A stretch of 20,020 nt of DNA from Archangium sp. (GCA_031367385.1 JANLPS010000517.1:1-20020), one strand, 5' to 3'; positions 7,526 to 19,346 are shown, counted from the stretch's first letter. The notes: a model not told the origin generated them from the sequence alone. Numbers and translations are program-made.

Positions 7526-8712
7526 GCCGATGCCTTCAACAGAGCCCGCGCGACGACCGATTTGTGCACTTCATCGGGCCCGTCGTAGATGCGCGAGCCG
7601 CGTTCGTGCCGGTACCACCACGAGACGATGAGATCGTCGGTCATGCCGAGCGCGCCGTGCACTTGCAACGTGCGGTCGATGATCTTCATCATCACCTCCG
7701 GCACGAAGAACTTGATGCACGAGATCTCGATGCGGGCCTTGTCGGCGCCGCGCGTCTCGATTGCCTCGGCCGCGTTGAGCACCAGCAACCGGGCAGCGTC
7801 GATGTCGGCCCGGCTCTCTGCGATCCACTGCTGAATGGTCTGCATGTCGCCCAAGGTGCGATTGTCGCTGAGCTTTCGGCTGCGCGCGCGGCTGATCATG
7901 ATCTGAAGCGAACGTTCGCAGATACCAATCCACCGCATGCAGTGGTGAATGCGGCCGGGCCCGAGCCTGTCTTGCGCGAGCTTGAAGCCCTGGCCCTCAC
8001 CGCCGAGCAGGTTGCTCTTGGGCACGCGGCAATTTTCGTAGCGCACCTCGGAGTGGCTGAAGAAATCATGCCCCTCGTGCCCCATCACCGAGATGTTGCG
8101 GAGAATCTTGAAACCCTTCGTCGGCAGCGGCACGAACAGCATGCTCGCCCGCTCGTGCGGAGCCGCGTCGGGGTTGGTGACGACCATCGCGATCGCAAAG
8201 CCCGCTCCGTCGGCACCGGTGCTGAACCATTTGGTGCCGTTGATGACGTAGTCGTCGCCATCGCGCACGGCGGTGGTCGAAAGGTTCACCGGGTTCGACC
8301 CCGCGTTCATTGGCTCGGTCATGGTGAAGCAGCTGCGAATTTCACCGCGCACCAGGGGTCGCAAGAAGCGCTCGCGTTGCTCGGGGGTCGCGTGTTTGTA
8401 CATCAGCTCCATGTTGCCGGCGTCAGGCGCCTGCGAGTTGAACGCGAGCAGGCCGATCGGGCTCTTGCCGAGCTCTTCGCTGATTCGGGCGAACTGCGTG
8501 AAGTGCAGCCCGCCACCCCCCGCGTCTTTGGGTATGTGCATTGAGAGCATGCCGAGCGTCTTCACCTTCTCTCGGAGCTGTTTGATCTCAGGCAGAAACT
8601 GATCGAACGGCACGCTGAGAAACTTCTGCTCGAGCGGGTAGATCTCGCGCTTCATGAAGTCGCGCACGATATCGATCTTGGCTTGGAGCTCTGGGGCGAT
8701 GTCGAAGGCCAT
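7522..8712 (-). CDS. Acyl-CoA dehydrogenase (ACAD10/11 or LvaC-like subgroup)
   Basis: Motifs APDAGNME, RSCFTMTEP, INGTKWFSTGA, AQDRLGPGRIHHCMR, QVHGALG and RIYDGPDEVH. Overlaps the kinase gene by ATGA. Confidence 0.95.
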   Translation of the reverse strand: MAFDIAPELQAKIDIVRDFMKREIYPLEQKFLSVPFDQFLPEIKQLREKVKTLGMLSMHIPKDAGGGGLHFTQFARISEELGKSPIGLLAFNSQAPDAGNMELMYKHATPEQRERFLRPLVRGEIRSCFTMTEPMNAGSNPVNLSTTAVRDGDDYVINGTKWFSTGADGAGFAIAMVVTNPDAAPHERASMLFVPLPTKGFKILRNISVMGHEGHDFFSHSEVRYENCRVPKSNLLGGEGQGFKLAQDRLGPGRIHHCMRWIGICERSLQIMISRARSRKLSDNRTLGDMQTIQQWIAESRADIDAARLLVLNAAEAIETRGADKARIEISCIKFFVPEVMMKIIDRTLQVHGALGMTDDLIVSWWYRHERGSRIYDGPDEVHKSVVARALLKASA

Positions 8713-8715
8713 GAC

Positions 8716-9492
8716 TCAATGCTCCTGAAGAAAGTGGAAGGGGTCGTTCAAGGTGGCGCCGCCGTCGGCGACGATGGTTTGACCCGTGATGAAGCCCGCT
8801 GCGTCGCTTGCGAGAAAGCAGGCGAGGCCGGCGATCTCGTGTGGCTCTCCGATTCGGCCGAGGGGGCTCGCGTGGCTGATGGCTTTATTGATGGTGGGGT
8901 TTTCCCAAAGGGCTTTGGCCATGTCGGTCTTGATCAGCCCCGGGGCGATGGTGTTCGCGCGAATGCCTTTGCTGCCCCATTCGACGGCGAGGTTTCGGCC
9001 GAGCGCAGCGTCAGCGGCCTTGGTGATGCCGTACACGCCGATGGTGCCCTGGCCGACCAGGCCCGCGATGCTGGCGATGATGGTGATCGAGCTGCCGCGC
9101 GGCATTTGAGGCGCGACCATGTTGCACAGCCAGAAGTTGCTTCGCAGGTTGGTGCCCACCATCTTCTCGAAGTCTTCGTCGGTGGTCGTGTGCATCGGGC
9201 CCATGTGGGTGCTCGCCGCCGCGTTGCAGACGAGAATGTCGATTTTGCCCCACCTGGCGATGGTGCCGTCGACGAGCGCTTGCAGCTGCGCCTTGTGCCC
9301 GATGTGACAGGGCAGGGCGATGGCTTCTTGCCCCTTGGCGCGAATCGCGGCGGCGACCTGCTCGCAGGGCTCGGGCTTGCGGCTCGAGATGACGACCTTG
9401 GCGCCCAGCTCGGCCATCGACTCGGCGGTGGCGCGGCCGATGCCCTTGCTCGAACCGGTGATCACGGCGACTCTGTTTTTCAGGCTGAACAT
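8716..9492 (-). CDS. Short-chain dehydrogenase/reductase (DHRS4-like)
   Basis: Real start is MFSLKNR at 9492. Motifs TGSSKGIG, ISSRK, YGITK and APGLIKTD. Confidence 0.92.
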   Translation of the reverse strand: MFSLKNRVAVITGSSKGIGRATAESMAELGAKVVISSRKPEPCEQVAAAIRAKGQEAIALPCHIGHKAQLQALVDGTIARWGKIDILVCNAAASTHMGPMHTTTDEDFEKMVGTNLRSNFWLCNMVAPQMPRGSSITIIASIAGLVGQGTIGVYGITKAADAALGRNLAVEWGSKGIRANTIAPGLIKTDMAKALWENPTINKAISHASPLGRIGEPHEIAGLACFLASDAAGFITGQTIVADGGATLNDPFHFLQEH

Positions 9493-9497
9493 GGCGC

Positions 9498-10229
9498 TTA
9501 GGCCCTCAACGTGAGACCGCCGTCGACCAGGAGGCCTGCGCCGGTGATGAAGCTCGCTTCGTCTGATGCGAGAAAGACGATCGCGTGGGCGATCTCGATG
9601 GGTTCGGCGATTCGACGCAGGGGCGATTTCTTGACCCAGAGGTCGCGAATCTTGTCGTCGTCGAAGCTGCGCTTGGTCATGCCGGTGCGAATGGCGCCGG
9701 GCATGACGTAATTGGCGGTGATGCCCTTGGGGCCGAGCTCGAGGGCGAGGGCCTTGGTGGCTCCGGCGATGGCGTGCTTCGAGGCGGTGTAGGCGATCAG
9801 GCCCTTGTCGGTGCGCTCCGACATCACCGAGCCCAGGTTGATGATGCGGCCCTTGCCTGAGGCGATGAGCATCGAGAGGCAGGCGCGAACCAACTGAAAT
9901 GGAGCGCGGCTGTTGACGGCGAAGGTCAGGTCCCACGTCTTGTCGTCGGTGTCTTCGACCTTGGCCCAGGTCGCGATGCCGGCATTGTTGACCAGCACGT
10001 CGAGGCCACCCAGCTCGTTTTGGGCGAGCTCAGCCAGGCGTTGCGAGGCCCCGTCAGCGGTCACGTCTTCGTGCCCGGTGGCGGCGCCGGTGAGCCCAGA
10101 GAGGTCAGCGGCAGGCCTGTCGACCGCGAGAACCTTCGCGCCCTCTTCGATGAATCGCAGGGCGGTGGCGCGACCGATGCCTGACGCCGCCCCGGTGATC
10201 AGGGCCCGTTTGCCTTTGAGACGATTCAT
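9498..10229 (-). CDS. Short-chain dehydrogenase/reductase (FabG-like)
   Basis: Motifs TGAASGIG, NNAG, YTASK, PGAIRT and VDGG. GAGGGAG RBS upstream. Confidence 0.92.
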   Translation of the reverse strand: MNRLKGKRALITGAASGIGRATALRFIEEGAKVLAVDRPAADLSGLTGAATGHEDVTADGASQRLAELAQNELGGLDVLVNNAGIATWAKVEDTDDKTWDLTFAVNSRAPFQLVRACLSMLIASGKGRIINLGSVMSERTDKGLIAYTASKHAIAGATKALALELGPKGITANYVMPGAIRTGMTKRSFDDDKIRDLWVKKSPLRRIAEPIEIAHAIVFLASDEASFITGAGLLVDGGLTLRA

Positions 10230-10424
10230 GATTCTCCCTCGGTTGTTCGCGACCCGACGATTCTGCGTACCTTGCCCGAGGCGGGTGAGCCGAGGCGCAA
10301 AATGTGGCCGGTGACGCTTGGCTTTCGCTCGTTTCGAGGTGTAATTTGACCGGGCTGAGGCCAGACGTGCCGAGGCAGCCGCTTCAAATTCATTGAGGCG
10401 GTCACACTTGAAAGCAGACAGTAC

Positions 10425-10631
10425 ATGGCAACTGGTACCGTGAAGTGGTTCAACGATGCGAAGGGCTTTGGGTTCATCTCACAAGACGGCGGCGGCGAAG
10501 ATGTTTTCTGCCACCACACTGCGATTCAGGCCGACGGCTTCCGCACGGTTGCGGAAGGTCAGAAGGTCGAATTCGAAGTGAAGAAGGGCCCGAAGGGCCT
10601 CCAAGCAGCAAACGTCAAGGTCATCTCTTAA
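10425..10631 (+). CDS. Cold-shock protein (CspA family)
   Basis: [18 protein letters not shown] (RNP1), DVFCH (RNP2) and KGLQAANV. Confidence 0.97.
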   Translation: MATGTVKWFNDAKGFGFISQDGGGEDVFCHHTAIQADGFRTVAEGQKVEFEVKKGPKGLQAANVKVIS

Positions 10632-10656
10632 CGTTTCGGTAAGCCACTTTTTACCC

Positions 10657-10698
10657 GACGGCCCGTTTTCCTGTGAAGGAAACGGGCCGTTGAATTTT
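10657..10698 (+). terminator. Probable intrinsic terminator after the csp gene
   Basis: Hairpin ACGGCCCGTTTTCCT-GTGA-AGGAAACGGGCCGT (one bulge) followed by TGAATTTT. Confidence 0.7.
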
Positions 10699-11328
10699 GT
10701 GACCACCTTTCAACACGCCCTCGAGCAGAACCCCGCTCCGAAGCGGTTGGGCGACGTCATGCTCAGGTTCGAGCCGTCGATGTTGATCGGTGAGACCCGC
10801 GGTGCGCTTCGTAGCGTGTGGCCGACGGTGTGCTCGAGCGCTGGCATCGTGGGGGTCGTCGCCGCGATCGCTTCGTTGGCCTTCTCGACCGAGGTCGAGC
10901 TCGCGATGGCGTTGGCCGTCTTCGCCGCGGTGGGGTTTGCGGCAGGCGTGCTGCTCGATCGCTTCGATCGGCGCCGCCGGGCCTTCGTCGCCAACTTCGC
11001 CACCACCAGCCTTCGCCTCGACTTCGTGACGCCGATCGCCGGGCACCCGAAGACGCTGATCGTGCACTTCGATGGGGTGCGCGCGCTGGGGTTCTACGAG
11101 CAGGGCGACGGGCGAGAGGTGCTCACCGTCGACTTCGTGCCGACCGAGACCTCGAGTGAGGTGCTGCGCGAAGTGCTGGTCGCCTCCATCACCCAGGCCG
11201 AGCACGAAGACGCACATCGGCTGTACCGGGTGCTGTGTGGGGCCTTTGGGCTGGGAGACGTACCCGCCAACAGCCCGTGGATTGAGCCGCCCCCGGCGGG
11301 TCGTGATGAGCCCAGCCCTCACGGGTGA
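10699..11328 (+). CDS. Hypothetical two-TM membrane protein
   Basis: Two hydrophobic helices, then RRRR and a beta-rich domain. GC3-rich codons. Start uncertain (10690, 10699 or later). Confidence 0.7.
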   Translation: MTTFQHALEQNPAPKRLGDVMLRFEPSMLIGETRGALRSVWPTVCSSAGIVGVVAAIASLAFSTEVELAMALAVFAAVGFAAGVLLDRFDRRRRAFVANFATTSLRLDFVTPIAGHPKTLIVHFDGVRALGFYEQGDGREVLTVDFVPTETSSEVLREVLVASITQAEHEDAHRLYRVLCGAFGLGDVPANSPWIEPPPAGRDEPSPHG

Positions 11329-11427
11329 CCCTTCGGCCTGAAGAATGTCATCACCTCAAACCGAAATGACATCGAGCGCTTGGGCGCCTCCGAGGCCCGG
11401 CATGGCGGCTGCTCAGGGCGTTGGCCC

Positions 11428-12579
11428 ATGCTTCATCGACTCGCCGTTCTCTTCGCGCTGACGCTTGCGCTGCCCAGCGCTGCCTACGATCTCCGACACG
11501 ACTCCACTGGCGCGCTGGTTCGCTGGTCGGGTCGCGTGGAGTTCGTGCTCGATGCCCAGGCGGCCATTCACCTGCGGGTGACGAAACTCGAGCAGGCTGC
11601 TCGCGCGGCCCTCGCGACCCTCTCCAAGGTGGCGCCCGATGTGACCCTCGCTCTGCGGGTCGGAGCGTCGAGCGGGCTTGGGTATCTCGGCGCTCCCGCC
11701 AAAGATCAGAACGATCTCGTCGTACTCACCGACTGGCCATACAGCGACGCAGCGCTGGCTGCGACCATCGTCACGGTCAACGCGAAGACCCACGAGATCG
11801 TCGACGCCGACATCGCCTTCAATGCGTCGAACAACCAGTTCGGCGTTCTCGACGAGACCGACTCGCGGCAGGTCAACGACGTGCAGAACACGCTGACCCA
11901 CGAGCTCGGTCACGCGATGGGGCTGCTCCACAACGCGAAAGACGCCGCCGTCGTGATGTACCCCTCGGCTCCGCTGGGTGAGGTCTCGAAGCGCACATTG
12001 GCCGACGACGACGCACAGGCGCTCGAGGCGCTCTATGCGGTCGGTTTCGCATCTGAGGTGCCGCCGCCGGTTGGGTGCTCGGCCACAGGCGCTGACGCGT
12101 CGCTGATGACCCTCGCCCTCGTCGCGATGGCGTTGCTTGGGCGTGGGCGGCGACTCGCGTGGGTGCTCGTGGCAATGCCGGCGTTGGCGGCGAACCCACC
12201 GGGGCTCGACCTCTCGAAAGCCGATGAAATCGCAGTGGGTTTCGTGGTGAGCGCGCGCAGCTCGATTCGCGCCGGCCTGTTCTTCACCGAGCTCGAGGTC
12301 GCCGTGAGCCAGTGCCACGCAGGAGAATGCGGTCAGCGGCTGTTCGTGACGGTGCCCGGCGGCAAAGTCGGAGATCTCGAGCAGACCGTCGTCGATCACC
12401 CCGTGCCTGCGGTCGGCGAACCCCTCGCCGTAACTCGCGAGATCACCCACCTGCGAGTGCATCGCCTGGCCGATGCCGAGACTCGAGCGCGCTTCGAGAC
12501 GGCCCTCCTCATGCGCGGTGGGTCGCAGCAGCCCCAGCGGTCACCAACACCCAGGGCCCCCGCCCGCAACCAGCCATGA
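11428..12579 (+). CDS. Secreted matrixin (M10-like metzincin) metalloprotease with internal MYXO-CTERM-like segment and extra C-terminal domain
   Basis: Signal peptide MLHRLAVLFALTLALPSAA, DADIAFN, zinc motif HELGHAMGLLH, Met-turn VMYP, then GCS + TM helix + RGRR. Confidence 0.85.
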   Translation: MLHRLAVLFALTLALPSAAYDLRHDSTGALVRWSGRVEFVLDAQAAIHLRVTKLEQAARAALATLSKVAPDVTLALRVGASSGLGYLGAPAKDQNDLVVLTDWPYSDAALAATIVTVNAKTHEIVDADIAFNASNNQFGVLDETDSRQVNDVQNTLTHELGHAMGLLHNAKDAAVVMYPSAPLGEVSKRTLADDDAQALEALYAVGFASEVPPPVGCSATGADASLMTLALVAMALLGRGRRLAWVLVAMPALAANPPGLDLSKADEIAVGFVVSARSSIRAGLFFTELEVAVSQCHAGECGQRLFVTVPGGKVGDLEQTVVDHPVPAVGEPLAVTREITHLRVHRLADAETRARFETALLMRGGSQQPQRSPTPRAPARNQP

Positions 12580-12595
12580 ACACCGGGCCATTTCG

Positions 12596-12611
12596 TGGCA
12601 CCCCGTTTGAA
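12596..12611 (+). promoter_or_regulatory. Possible sigma-54 (-24/-12) promoter for the RR-HK operon
   Basis: TGGCACCCCGTTTGAA matches TGGCAC-N5-TTG, but has GA instead of GC at -12. It lies about 30 nt before the ATG, which has an AAGGAG RBS. Confidence 0.45.
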
Positions 12612-12641
12612 GTGCCTGAACCCACCAAGGAGCATCACTCA

Positions 12642-13208
12642 ATGGCTACCGCACAACCCAATCGCAGAATTCTGATCGTCGACGATGAAGAAAACGTCTG
12701 CCACGCCCTGCGTCGCAGCCTCCGTAAAGAGGGCTACGAGCTCTTCTTCGGCCATGAGCCCGCCGAGGGCCTCGAGGTGCTCAAGAAACAGCCGGTCGAC
12801 ATGGTGATCAGCGATCACCTGATGCCGAACATGACCGGGCTCGACTTCTTGAAGCTGGTGCGCGACCGCTACCCCGACGCGATGCGCCTGATGCTGACCG
12901 GCCACGCCGACATGCAGACGGCGATCGACGCCATCAACCAGGGCAACATCTACCGCTTTCTCACCAAGCCGTGGGACGACACCGAGCTCAAGGTCACGCT
13001 GTTCTTGGCCTTCGAGCAGCTCGACCTCGAGCGTGAAAACCGCCGCCTGCTCGCGATGGTTCGCCGCCAGTTCGATTTGATCAAGCGCATCGAGGTCGAG
13101 CACCCGGGCATCGGCCACGTGGTTCGCGACGAAGAGGGCGCGATCTTGATCGATGAAGATGCCAACTCGGCCCGCGGCCAGGTCGACGTCACCGTTCAGT
13201 CTGCCTGA
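12642..13208 (+). CDS. Response regulator (receiver domain plus short coiled-coil tail, no obvious DNA-binding domain)
   Basis: Motifs ILIVDDE, ISDHLMP (phosphoacceptor Asp), MLTG and YRFLTKPW. AAGGAG RBS. Confidence 0.92.
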   Translation: MATAQPNRRILIVDDEENVCHALRRSLRKEGYELFFGHEPAEGLEVLKKQPVDMVISDHLMPNMTGLDFLKLVRDRYPDAMRLMLTGHADMQTAIDAINQGNIYRFLTKPWDDTELKVTLFLAFEQLDLERENRRLLAMVRRQFDLIKRIEVEHPGIGHVVRDEEGAILIDEDANSARGQVDVTVQSA

Positions 13209-15298
13209 GCCACGCCATGTCCTCGGGGGTTACTCCAGAGGTGTTGTTGGTCATCGTCAGCGACGAGCTCGCGCGGCGCATCTGCTTCGTGCTCGACGCC
13301 TGGGGGTTGATTGCTCGTCGGGTCAGCGAGCCTGAAGCGTTGATCAAGATTGAGCAAGACGTCACCCGGGTGGTGCTGGTCGAGCGACACCCCGAAGCCC
13401 GGCTCTTCATCGAGCGCCTGCGCGCGGCCGGAGCGTCGTTGGTCGTGCTCGGTCAAGAGGGCATTGCCGCTGGCAGTGATCTCGGTTTTCAAGAAGTGCC
13501 CGTCGAGCTGCTCACCGCGATCTTTCGCGCCCAGGGCCGCGCCGCCGGAGTCGAAGCCAGCAGCCTCGAGCGCATCAACCGTTTCTCTCAGGCCATCGCG
13601 ACCCAATTCACCTTGCCCGCATTGATGCAGATGGCGATCAGCAAGACCCGCGAGCTCTGCGAGGCCGACGGCGCCAGCTTGTTGTTGGTCGACGCCCAGA
13701 CCGGCGAGCTCTACTTCGACACCATCGACGGCGGGGCCACCAGCCAGATCGACCGCGTTCGGCTGGCCCGAGGCCGCGGCATCGCCGGCAAGGTCGCCAT
13801 CGAAGCCACCGCCCGCCTCGTCGCCAATGTGCAGGAGTGCCCCGACTTCGAGCCGGCAATCGACCGGCGCACCGGCTTCATCACCGGCTCGGTGGTGGCG
13901 GCCCCATTGATTCTGGGCGGCGACATCTTGGGCGTGCTGATGGCGGTGCGGAGCGTCGAGAAGCCCCCTTTCGCCGCGATTCACCTTCAGCGCCTTTCAC
14001 AGCTGGCCCCGCACGTGGCGATCGCCGTGCACAACGCGCAGATCACTACCGCGCTGCGAACTTCTCAGACTGAGACGATGCAGGCCAACGCCAGCCTCGA
14101 GCAGAAAGTGCGTGAGCGCACCGCGATGATCTCGCGTGCGAAGCAAGAATGGGAGCGCACCTTCGACGTGCTCGACGAGCCGATCGCCCTGATGGATGGG
14201 TTTCTCATTCGGCGAGCGAACAAGGCGTACGCCAGACAGGTGCACCTGCCGGTCAAGGAGCTGCCCGGCAAGACCTGCCACAAGGTGCTCGCGGGCCGTG
14301 ATTCACCCTGCGAGGGGTGCCCGTTGATCTCTGGCCGAGGCGCGGTGCTGAGCGCAGAGTTGGAGTTGCCCGAGGGGTCAGTCAACCGCGGCGCCACCCT
14401 CCGCTTCAACGGGTACTGGATGTCAGACGACGCGACCGACGCTTCGGTAGTGGTGCACTACCAAGACGTGACGCAGTCGAAGCAGCTCGCCGAGCGTCTT
14501 CGTGACTCCGAGCGCCTGGCGGCGGTGGGCCAGCTTGCTTCTGGCGCGGCGCACGAGATCAACAACCCGCTGGGGTTCGTGACCTCGAACTTGCGATCGC
14601 TGCGCGGCGTGGTCGACGAGGCCAGGGCCGAGGTCACGACGTTGGGCGACGCGGTGAAGCTGGCCAAAGAGAAGAAGGTCGCCGAGCTGCTCGAGCTGCT
14701 CGCCAAGGCGATCGAACCCGACCGGCAAGTCATCGATGATGGCTTGGCGATGATCGACGAGTCTCTCGACGGCGCTCGCCGGGTGGGCGACATCGTCAAG
14801 GGGCTGCGCGAGCTCTCACGCCTCGAAATTGGCAAGCGCGAGCCCGCCAACGTGAACAGCTCGATCACCCGCATGGTGCGTTCGGAGTTTGGTGAGAACG
14901 CGGCGAACGTGACCGTGACGCTCGATGCCGATTCTCCTGCTGACGTCGCTCCGTTGCAGCTCGATCAAGCGCTGGGGCACGTGCTCAAGAACGCGAACCA
15001 GGCGACCCAGCGGTCGAAACAGGCGGTGATGATTCGAACGTGGTGCCAGGGCAGTGAGGTGGTGGTGCAAGTTCGCGACGAAGGCCACGGCATCTCCAAA
15101 GAGAACCTGCGTCGCGTCTTCGAGCCCTTCTTCACCACCCGCGGCGTCGGCAAGGGCATCGGCCTTGGGTTGACCGCGGCCTACGGCATCGTCAAGCGCG
15201 CCGGCGGAGCGCTCGAGATCGAGTCAGACGGCGCCGACAAGGGCGTCACCGTCACCTTCAAGTTCGCGCGAGTCGAGACCGCCGCACCGCGTGACCCG

Positions 15299-17605
<2,307 letters not shown>

Positions 17606-17682
17606 GGGTAAAAAACCGTGTAAGACCGAGCACCTGCAGAGCCAAACCCATGGCCCCGCGATTGCTGACCGAAACGCCCGAC

Positions 17683-18636
17683 ATGGTTCGATTCATCACA
17701 GCCCTCAGCGCGTTCATGGTGGCGACCGCGGCGTTTGCGCAGACGACTCCAGTGACCACCGTCACCCAGCCGCTGATCATTCGCAGCCCCAGCGACAACC
17801 TCAAAGACACCTTCACCTTCGGCCCCGACACCTGCGCCCAGACACTCACCCTGAACTGGACATACACGCCCAGCTTCGGGGTCGTGTGCTCGGACATCAC
17901 CTTCTGGGCGACCGACGCCAGCAGCTGTGGTGATGCCCCCGTTGGTGCCGATGTGCCTTACACCTCGGCCTCGTACGCGACCGTGCTCTCGGCGAGAACG
18001 GGCCCGATCTACGTGAAGGTCGCCGAGCTGCCCGGCTTCGTCAGCACCACGCTCGCTGACGGCGGCGTCACCAGCGCGACCACCTGCGGCGCGGCCGATA
18101 CCTACAAAGTGCACCGCATTTGCGGCGCGGCGACCGCGGGCAGCTTGGGCAGCTGCCAAGTCTTCGGCGGGGCGACCACCACCAAGCTCCACGCTTCTGA
18201 TCTCAAGCTCGTCTACGACACCCAGCCTCCGAGCGCTCCGGTGATTACCGGCTCCACCGCCACCAATGCCACCGCGACCATCGCCTTCACCGTGAACGCC
18301 GACGCGCTCCACGTGCAAGCGATCACCACCGCGAGTACCGATGGCGGAGACGCCGCGTCAGTCACTCACCCGGTCGAGATCGCCAGCACCGGCTCTGCCA
18401 AGGTGACCGAGCTGCAGAACAACACGACCTACACCGTACAGCTTCGGTTCATCGACGCCGCCGGCAACGTCGGCCCACTCTCTGACCCGATAACGGTGAC
18501 GCCGATTCTCACGTACGGCTTCTGGGGCGCCTACCGCGCGGCGGGGGGCACCGATCAGGGTGGCTGCTCGATCTCGTGGGGCTTGATGCCAATGCTGGCG
18601 GCGCTGTGGTTCATGATGAGGAGAGCTTCACGATGA
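17683..18636 (+). CDS. MYXO-CTERM-anchored surface protein with FN3-like domain (MXAN_2561 family-like)
   Basis: Signal peptide ending AFA. Cys-rich, Thr-rich N-domain. DTQPPSAP...LQNNTTYTVQLRFIDAAGN looks like FN3. Ends with FWGAYRAAGG..QGGCS + TM helix + RR. Confidence 0.8.
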   Translation: MVRFITALSAFMVATAAFAQTTPVTTVTQPLIIRSPSDNLKDTFTFGPDTCAQTLTLNWTYTPSFGVVCSDITFWATDASSCGDAPVGADVPYTSASYATVLSARTGPIYVKVAELPGFVSTTLADGGVTSATTCGAADTYKVHRICGAATAGSLGSCQVFGGATTTKLHASDLKLVYDTQPPSAPVITGSTATNATATIAFTVNADALHVQAITTASTDGGDAASVTHPVEIASTGSAKVTELQNNTTYTVQLRFIDAAGNVGPLSDPITVTPILTYGFWGAYRAAGGTDQGGCSISWGLMPMLAALWFMMRRASR

Positions 18637-19346
18637 TGAGGTTGGTGTTTGCAGCAGCAGCGCTGGCAGCGACCGCAGCGAGTGCCGACATGGTGTACGG
18701 CGAGTCTCCTCGAAACTTCATGATCGAGGTCAAGGCCGGCCCGTACACGCCGCTGATCGATCGCGCGTTCGACCCGCTGAAAGGGCCGTTCTTCAATACC
18801 TTCGGCAACTCGCCGTTGATCTTGGGAGAGATCGAGCTCGACTATCAAATCTGGCAGAAATTCGGGTCTGTTTCGGTCGGTCTCTCTGGCGGGTACACCG
18901 AGAAGTTCGGGCGCTCACGTGACGCCACCACGGGCGACCTGGCCTTGTCGTCGACGGGCCTTCGCCTTTTTCCCATCAAGCTGCTCGGCATTTACCGCTT
19001 CGACTACTTCGCCCTGCGCAAGGGCGTGCCCCTCGTGCCGTACGCCAAGCTCGGGCTGGTCGCGATGCCCTTCTCGGTGGTCAACGGCGGCACCATCGAA
19101 GTCTCCGGCGGGTACCCAGCCGCTGGAGCCCGTTTCGGCGCGGTCGGCGTGCTCGGGCTCTCGTTCTTGCTCGACGTGCTCGACCAGCGACTGTCGCGCG
19201 ACTTCGACAACAGCATGGGCGTGAACCACAGCTACCTGTTCGCCGAGTTCGCCTATCAAGAGGTGAACAACTTTCACGCGACCGTGGCCGGTGATCTCGA
19301 CCTGTCGAGCCGCCACTTCATGTTCGGCCTCGGGTTCGAATTCTAA
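18633..19346 (+). CDS. Outer-membrane beta-barrel protein (MXAN_2562 family-like)
   Basis: ATGA-coupled to the upstream gene. Signal peptide, ESPRNFMIEVKAGPY.P.ID motif, alternating beta strands, GVNHSYLFAE and C-terminal GLGFEF beta-signal. Confidence 0.85.
   Translation: MMRLVFAAAALAATAASADMVYGESPRNFMIEVKAGPYTPLIDRAFDPLKGPFFNTFGNSPLILGEIELDYQIWQKFGSVSVGLSGGYTEKFGRSRDATTGDLALSSTGLRLFPIKLLGIYRFDYFALRKGVPLVPYAKLGLVAMPFSVVNGGTIEVSGGYPAAGARFGAVGVLGLSFLLDVLDQRLSRDFDNSMGVNHSYLFAEFAYQEVNNFHATVAGDLDLSSRHFMFGLGFEF

Noticed and set aside
6431..8544. Long plus-strand ORFs 6431-7588 and 7564-8544 (similarly 834-1874, 11413-12462, 13196-13984, 15730-17199)
   Set aside because: Antisense shadows of well-supported genes, as expected in high-GC DNA. 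No motifs.
9493..9936. N-terminal extension of the 8716-9936 SDR ORF
   Set aside because: Arg-rich out-of-frame shadow of the upstream SDR. The real start is 9492.
11420..11438. GTTGGCCCATGCTTCATCG resembling the array block GTTGGCACGGCGCTTCATCG
   Set aside because: Short gapped match overlapping a start codon, with none of the other unit elements. Probably chance.
12312..12641. N-terminal extension of the response regulator
   Set aside because: It overlaps the matrixin gene. The AAGGAG RBS and receiver domain start indicate 12642.
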